DNA from: Octopus vulgaris
Taxonomy: Eukaryota
Direction: 5' to 3'
NCBI GenBank assembly: GCA_951406725.2
Contig: OX597817.1
Span: 73,904,001 to 73,968,000 of the forward strand
Length of the DNA: 64,000 bases
In this document: piece by piece, positions 55,600 through 64,000 of the stretch
How positions within the stretch are numbered: position 1 is the stretch's first letter
Layout of the letters: each line of letters opens with the position of its first letter
Made by a program: the position numbers and the translations under genes
Notes under the pieces: generated by a model
Database searches by the model: none
What the model was told of the DNA's origin: nothing
The model's input: the letters and a program-made list of their open reading frames with translations, nothing else

Positions 55600-56085
55600 T
55601 CAGGAATGCAGGAGCAATGTGAATACAATCACGATATTTAGTTAGAATATCTGGGGCAACGTCATATAATAATTGTGCGTCTCTAGGATATTTGAAAGAC
55701 GTCGATCAGACTATTGAGGCATGTCCTCTCCCCTGGAGGTAACATAAGTCCCGCATAGATGGCAAACCGACACACGGGTCACGGGGAAAATTCAGGAACG
55801 TTAAGGGGCATCGGGAGAGGAGAGTCTAACTCTGGGACAAAACTGAGTTCGGAACGGAATCCAGAACGTGACCACAATGTGAGGAAACCGAGGACACATG
55901 ACAACCTTCCTGGGAATGGCACGCGCCCCAATGGTAGGAGGGGCGAGGAAGAAGAAGGCATGTAATATAGTATCGTCCAATATTTTTCCGTTCTGTGAAA
56001 ACAAACATCCCCAGAATATTCGTCCCGATTCTCGATTTGGCTTTTCCCCTGCAAAATAGGTACAATAGTATTTTCAATTAGCTAT
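55600..56085 (+). pseudogene. Decayed Penelope-like linker region
   Basis: RRRRRHVI*YRPIFFRSVKTNIPRIFVPILDLAFPLQNRYNSIFN resembles the PLE R.R.IIWFNPPFS..VKTNIG..FL.L.D..FP......IFN motif. Confidence 0.5.
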
Positions 56086-57209
56086 TGTCAATGGCACAAC
56101 AACTATAACCATTTTAATGAAGCCCATTTCAATGAGCTCTAAGGGCGGAGGATCTATCAGGAACACCATCACTACAATTATCACCGGATCGTCACAGAAG
56201 GATATACCAACTAAACTGGTTTCCTACCGAGCTCAAACTACGATTAGGGGGACAAAAAATAATCTATAGACCACAGTCTCTCACTCCTGAGATGTAATTG
56301 TAAAACTCTAGCGGAATATTTCTTGGGTGGATACTGTTTCCAAACCAACATAGGTTATGTGTGTGGTGAAGACATAAAATAGTAGTATTACACAGAGGCA
56401 CAATGAACCCCATGAAACGGGATTTCTCTGTATAGCCAAACTTTTTCCACATCAAGATTTATCAAATTCACTACCGGATTATGCTTGTAATCTAGCTGAT
56501 AGAGAGGTCGACTATAGTTTGACATGGTCGATGGTGGGAAATGCTCTGCCCTAACGGGAGGTAGAGGGCATCCTTCGAACTATGCAGAAGAGACGGATTG
56601 GAAACTCTATTAGCTAACAATAACCATTACTAAAACGAAATCAATTGGGGATGTTTTGCACACACGGAATATAGAAAATTCCACTACAACTGAGACAACC
56701 TTAACGAAAATGAGACATACTAGTCTTCAGCAACAATTCAAGTTGACACGGTGGAACTAAACACTATATTCTTCTTTAATTATCCTAGACTCTCCATATC
56801 TCTTTCCCTGCATTTGCCATCCTGTCGTCCTGTCTACCAATTTAAATACTTATATACTATAGCCATACTTGCATTGAAAATGTCTTTGTGGAACAGGATA
56901 ATACCAGAAACATTATCGAGTACTATGGCAACTATCAATGGATCATCTAACCGACTTATAGACGTATATGAATATCGATTTATTGACTGTGTGTGTGTGT
57001 GTGTCAAAAACAGGTGCATACAAACGTGTTACATATAATCGTACACACCTATATTTCAATCGACGCTGCCGGATGCATCTCTCGTTAATAATATGTGTGT
57101 GTATGGATATATAGATGTCAGTGTGGGAGCGTTTGTGTGCATACATACATATGTATATTTGTGTGCGTGTGTGTATATATATATACACAGGTTTTAATGT
57201 GTGTATGTA

Positions 57210-57291
<82 letters not shown>

Positions 57292-58275
57292 GATAATTTT
57301 GTTCACGGCAAAGTATTCTAAGCGGTTTAACAATAGTGATATTATGCGAGGGAGACAACGGTTCATATTCAACTGGTCTGTTTTAGACAGAATATTTGGG
57401 TTAATTGAAAAAGCTTGAAAAAGATGTAAATTATTGAGAAATGCAATGAATCGAATAATTAAGGAAAACGAAGCATTTTTGAAAGGATACTCATGCGGTT
57501 CATATCCCTATGCAAGATTAGTGCTGTCTTTTTTTTTCGGAAGCCAACAAACATTATTATGATACGCTTTATTGTTTTCAAGCTGGCAAGAAATACATTT
57601 TGCTATGCTTCCTTACAATTTTTAGCGAAACGACAGATAGTCAGATACGGAAACTGCGGGAACTGAATTAACTCCAATCTTATATCCTTACATAAACGTA
57701 TGTATGTATGTGCAGATTTGTATGTTTCATGTATGTATTCTCATGTATATATATGTATATGTATGCGTGTATGTATGTATGTATGTATGTATGTATGTAT
57801 GTATGTATGTATGTATGTATGTATGTATGTATGTATGTATGTATGTATGTATGTATGTGCGCGTGCACGTATATATATATATACACACACCATGTACACA
57901 CCATAGCGAAGAGATGACACAATATCGGTAAAGAAATTTGAGAAATTCGAAAAGAAAATACGAAACCGATTATTTCTCTAAAAGCAATGTCACTACACAC
58001 AAATTTTTATAACATTTTCCTAACATGACGATTTAAATATATTCATTAATCCTTAACCATATATTATAAGTCTTCTGTAATTTTTCATTCTATTTTATTT
58101 TTTATACATCTATCCACGTGCTTTCACATACCAACTCTCTCACCCTATATATATAGACTTTGCCTTTCATCCTTTCGGGGTCGATAAATAAAGCACCAGT
58201 TTTGCAACTGGGGTCATTGTAATTCTTTTGTCCTTGTTTGTCCCCTCTATGTTTAGCCCCTTGTGGGCAGTAAAG

Positions 58276-58342
<67 letters not shown>

Positions 58343-58344
<2 letters not shown>

Positions 58345-58872
58345 CGTGGTCTGATCAATAAGTATCCGGATTGTTGGCATAGTAATTAAGTTCAAGCAGG
58401 AAGAGTAAAGCCGCTTGGCACAGATTGACCTTGAACTCTGTGCATGCACACTACATTTTATTGCTCTAGCTCAATTCCGCTGTTTACAGCGGTGCTTGGA
58501 AGGAAGGTGTCTAGAGTATGATCGTCGCATTGAAGATGACAGAGAAAGCTGAGCTGAGAATCTGCATCAAATTTTGCCAAAAGCTTGGCGATACCTGCTC
58601 AGAGGCCTACGCAGAATTGTCAAAACGTTTTCATCGTTCTCAACACAATCAAGGAGATATGTTGCAAATGAAACGCGAGTTTCTTTTTGGCCAGCTAAAA
58701 GCAGTTTTTGGCAGAAACGCGTCTCATACCCAAATCTTCAGTGATAATGGACTGAACTGTAACTATTCTGTACATCCTCAGATAACTCATAGATGGTGAT
58801 TCAACGATTGCACATCTGAGATGTTTTTCGCAGTTCTACTGATTACAGGTCTCCAAGAACGATCGTCATTAT
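58343..58872. mobile_element. Mariner-like transposon remnant with internal inversion
   Basis: TIR-like TACGTGGTCTGATCAATAAGTATCCGGA at 58343. The + strand gives MTEKAELRICIKFCQKLGDTCSEAYAEL. The - strand (58872->58617) gives DDRSWRPVISRTAKNISDV..ITIYELSEDV..SVQSIITEDLGMRRVSAK..QKETRVSFA. Confidence 0.82.
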
Positions 58873-59300
58873 GTGATAAACATAGTCTGTTCTGAGGGAA
58901 CAACTCAACATGGGACAAAACTCAGTATATATATAATATCCATCCTTCCATCCATCCATACATACATCCACCATATCCTCTCAGGACGCTTTAGTCTGCC
59001 CGAGGCTATAGAAGACACTTGCCTAAGGTGCCACGCAGTGGGACTGAACCCGGAACTATGTGGTTGGGAAGTAAGCTTCTTACTACACAGCCACATATAT
59101 CATATACACTGAATTTCGCCCCAGGCTGAATTGTTCACTCAGAACAGACTCAGTTTTTGAAGCAGTAAACGTATCTAAACATTCTAAAAAAAGTATTTAT
59201 TTTCATATCACATCATGTATTCACTACAATATATTATAGTATCATATACTGTTCCATCTGTCTCCCTCTCTCTCTCTATATATATATATATATGTGTATA

Positions 59301-59377
<77 letters not shown>

Positions 59378-60747
59378 TGTATGTATGTATGTATGTATGT
59401 ATGTATAGTTTTGGCATATTCTGTTAAGATTACAGATTTTATACGTACTTCCATGTTTGCGCTTGGGCTCCTGTCGTGTGTGAATAGATAACCGAAAAAA
59501 ATTGGAGTCAAAAAGAAGGACGGTGACAACTACTAACTCCAGGCCACCACAGACAGAGAGGAAGCTCTTGAAGCCGAGAATTTGAACTTACGATGACAAT
59601 ATTTACATATCACCTGAGTGATTTATATATCACTAGATCTCATAATGCAGGGAAACAGTTGCATAATTAAGTACCTGCACACCCGGAAGACTAGGTTGCG
59701 TGGAAGCAATTGCAGTGATTGAAAATAAATGTCCAGCCGCACTCCTTGTTGACTCCAAATGTTTTCAGTTATACATATATATATATGTGTGTGTGTGTGC
59801 GTGTGTGTGTGTGTGTGTGTGTGCGTGCCTGTGTGTGTGTATATATAGGTATATATAAATATATACACATATATATGTATAAATATATGCAAACATATAT
59901 ATATGTATAAGTATATACATATATATATCAGTATATATATATATGTGTGTATATGTATATATACAAGTATATACATACATACACACATATATAAGTATAT
60001 ACATACATATATATAATATATGCATGTATGTATGCATATACAGGCTTGTGTGTAGGTGTATATATTAAAATATATTGCAACTTCATTAGTCTGAGTAACT
60101 ACCGTTTAAACCATAAAAGCTTAGATAACGATATAGCCTACCACGTCACACTTTAACAAGATTCATTCTTTCTGCCATAATTGACTCAATCCTTGGAACT
60201 TTACAATAGTCTCAGGTTTAATATTTACGTTTTGATGTGGATGCATATTACACTCTGGTATTGTTCTGCATAAACAGAATATATTCTAGTATCTTTTTAA
60301 ATTACTTTTTATTGTTGTTTTTTCAGAACACCTTTGCCTATCCCTCACAATTATATCATCCTCCTCCTTCAAGTTAACATATGTTTACATCAGTAAATTT
60401 TTTTCGTTTAAAACCTCGACTCGTATTGTTATTTTAATTTATACCTACGCTATACTCATATTACTACCGCGCTTCTAACTGTCTGCCTAACCTAAAATTA
60501 TATATATTCGTATTTCTTTTTATTTTCATCGCTTTCACTTACCCACTTACCCGGCAAATTGTTGACGTGCTTTTAGTTATCACTTGTTCTAGTTATGTCA
60601 TTGCTTCTCTTATCTTTTAAACCTGCATTCTGCATTTGTTGCAGAAGTTCCATTTACTAGGACATCTTTCACTGCTCACTGCTTAAATTACCCCTTACTT
60701 ACGTATGCACTAACATATCTCTATGTCGTTCCTCCTCCTCCTCCTCC

Positions 60748-60780
<33 letters not shown>

Positions 60781-61723
60781 CCCTCCCCTTCCCTTCCTCC
60801 TTTTTCATCTTCTTCTTCTCCCGCTCCTTCTTTTTCTTTGTCCTTATTTTCTGTTGTTCCTACCTCTTCCATCTAAATCTGCTGAATCTCTTGTCCCCTA
60901 CTTAGCATTGTAGTGACCTACCTAAATTCTTTTTGACATAATACAGTATAACTTCTACAAGTCTAGGTATTCATATTCCGTTTACTTATTTCCTTAACAT
61001 AATTAGGGTCATAAATTCCTGGTTATAACTTCTTATCACTATAATTAACTCCATTTACGCTATCTTCATCATCATTTTATAATTAACTTTATCTCCTTAT
61101 TTCTTTTTTGCAAGTAAACTGGGTACATATTTATATACTTTTAATGTTTTGCTTTAAAAGAATATGTTATAATCTACATTCCTGTTATATTTTATTTCCT
61201 TACTTTCTCATTCCCCTTTAATTATTTTAGTTTCATCTGCAGTTTCCCATTCTCTTACATTACCTCTTTGTTTACACACACACATTATTAATAGAATACA
61301 TATTTGGTATTTTAAGCTTTAAATTACACACGCATTTCGGCAAAGCTGTTGACAGATTCACGCAATTGTTTGGTGATATTATAGTCGTATTGATTCACTT
61401 TATCAGTATTTTGGCAAAAAGTATAAGGTCTAGTGTTAAGTTTGCTCAATGGAAATTGCCTTCAGCACCATTAGAGCAGCATAATAAAAAGCGACGTGTG
61501 ACTAGAAGGAAGTAAACAAATAGGTCGATAGGAGGACATGTGGTGGAGACCACGTTCCTTTCAAACATATATAGGCAGGTTCAGATATTCAACCCTACAT
61601 TCTCATAAACGTTCACGTACATAAATATGTGTGATAGACAGGAGGCAAGGAAAAACAATAACCCTCAAATCCTGCAGATTCATTGTCGAAGACAACAACA
61701 TCAATAGTGACAATAACAATATC

Positions 61724-61795
<72 letters not shown>

Positions 61796-61866
61796 CTGTT
61801 TCTCTTGAGGTCTCTGGGTGAGACTTGGAGCCAACTTGTACAAATATAAAGCAAAAGTCAAACATA

Positions 61867-61913
<47 letters not shown>

Positions 61914-63595
61914 GCAGCTAGCATATCTACTACGAACAGCCAAAATCACAAATCAGCGGTAAAGAGTGTAGTGGTCAGATCATTGACGGGTTTATAATAT
62001 CATCTCCAAATAACCAGCAATCTGGAAGGAAGATATCCTAGTTTTACTATTTTTGTTTTTATGCCTCCTTCTTTGTATCTCCAATTTATCTACATCCTTT
62101 ATATTTTACTCTTCCACTAATACGAATTTTCCTCTTCTTTATTTACAAAATCCTCAAATTGTACACTCATATTTAACTATAAATTCTAGCGACCGTTCTA
62201 GTTCTTCTTTTATTCTAAAAGTTCACAAAGAACTAAACTTATGGCCATATGTCACGAATCATTTTAATTTTTATAAATATTAACTTTGATTTCTAATCCT
62301 GTTTATAGTTATTTATTTAAGAAAGGTTTGTAAATGTAACTTGTTTTCTTAAAATAAAAAAAAAACACGCACTCACGTATACATGAAATTAAAATCGCTC
62401 TATCTGGCGCGCGCGCACACACACACATTCATATGGTGCTGGTCTCTATCTACTCACTTTTTTGTATGACCATCTTGTGCATCAAAATTACAGATGTAAT
62501 GGTTTTCAGTCAAGGAAGCCCGTAATGACAAAAGTATACAACAATATAAGATGTCCTCGATAGCGTAGACATTTAAATGAAAGATACAGTCAGACAGGTG
62601 ACCGGATAATCAAACCTCGGTTGCATATACTATATCTTCTGTGTTACCAGGAGCGAGGAAACCGCAAAATTGGGGGTATTTCCATTTTCGTTACCTTTTA
62701 CGCTATCTAAACTATCGGTACGCGAGGCCTCCTTTCTGTTTTCTGATCCCAAAACGATTTGGTTTTGATTTTTGCTTCTGAAACAAATCAAATTTATACA
62801 AAAAATGATTGGGTGTATTAGTACTCGCACATCTATTTTATAATTTCACACGCTGTGTGAAACTGAATGTTCTTCACTAAATATTTCAAGCCGTTAAACG
62901 AGCGAACACGCTAAAAGGCTTATGATGGTTAGAGACATAATTGTCGCAGTTTTTAAGTGATAGTATCATTCTCTTATTCACATATTTATGCATATACATG
63001 TACAAAAACTTAGGGCTGGCCGTTGACTCTTCTTCGTTCCTTTGCCCTTTAACATATTTTTACTTTTACCTTTGGGTGTTCACATATTATCCATCACACT
63101 GAGCAAGCTTGGTGGGGTTATCGGTTTAGTCACTGACGCTCTGACCATGAAAAGGTTTTCGCTTATATAGTTACCAGCTGCAGGTGTTTGTTTTTCATAT
63201 CTCTGACTTTACACACACACACAGTTTAGTAATCGCTCCGGCAGGATTTGAACTCAGAGTGCGAGGTCAATTTATACTGAGGTCAATTTATACTGAGGTC
63301 AACTTTGGCTTTCATCCTTTCAGAATCGATAAATAGAATATCAGTTTTGTATTTGAGCTGATTCTTCTCTTTCTCTAACTCTTTCGTTCTGTCTATCTCT
63401 CTCCACGAAGAAATCAATTGTAGTCAAGTTTGCACAAGGAAGGGTTCCACCAGATTTTTAAAATGTACACGACGTATCATATGTCTCGATAGCGTCCCTA
63501 CGACTCCATCAAAATATTTAGGGCCTATGGCAATTAGATGTTTTTGTGTGTCCGCACGCGTTTGTATCTATGTATATGTATGCAAGTATACAGTT

Positions 63596-63646
<51 letters not shown>

Positions 63647-64000
63647 CACTGCAACAGCGCATCGCTTCATCCACCATTTTTGGGATTCCCTACTCCTGGC
63701 AGACGACGTCTTTGCACTCCTCGGGAGACAAGCATCCAACCCATGAGTATCTTGTGGGTAGAAGTTGCTGGTGAGTGTTTTACGTGGTCAGAGTGCAAAT
63801 CCTACCTCATCTTCTTTAAGTCGCCTATTACAACATGTAGAGGAAACGTTGAATCTATTCTTTGACATGCAGGTTTCCACACAGCACAGTTGTGTGTGTG
63901 TATATGCGTGTACATATATATATATATATTATTTTAAAGCCCTTTTAACAATAACAACGAATTTTTTTTTTACTGAGGAAGAAACTGTGAGAGAAAAGAA

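Noticed and set aside
63263-63303. 16-bp tandem repeat (GAGGTCAATTTATACT) resembling nuclear-receptor half-sites
   Set aside because: Local slippage duplication inside a rearranged SINE A fragment.

Overview
AT-rich, microsatellite-saturated eukaryotic (metazoan) genomic DNA. The SINE and LINE repertoire looks like that of an octopod cephalopod, which is my inference from recalled repeat families. No intact host protein-coding gene is supportable, and almost all short ORFs in the track are microsatellite artefacts. Solid features are: two tRNA-Leu(CAG) genes (- strand, the second probably degenerating); one young CR1/L2-group LINE with an uninterrupted 1007-aa APE+RT ORF2 and a CCCH-finger ORF1 remnant, sitting inside a (TA)n array; a decayed relative of that LINE; Penelope-like (PLE) RT/GIY-YIG fragments; R4/Dong-like restriction-endonuclease LINE ends; an L1/Tx1-like APE fragment; Tc1/mariner remnants; non-autonomous Helitron-like elements; and several tRNA-derived SINE families. 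One SINE family shares its 3' tail with the intact LINE. The most striking unexplained structure is a set of about ten type I hammerhead-ribozyme-like motifs from several unrelated sequence families. Many lie in long fold-back elements beside (TA)n/(CA)n tracts, and one copy joins a tRNA-like T-arm/B-box to a hammerhead, suggesting PLE-dependent, ribozyme-bearing non-autonomous retroelements. All calls were made by eye, and boundaries of degenerate repeats are approximate.
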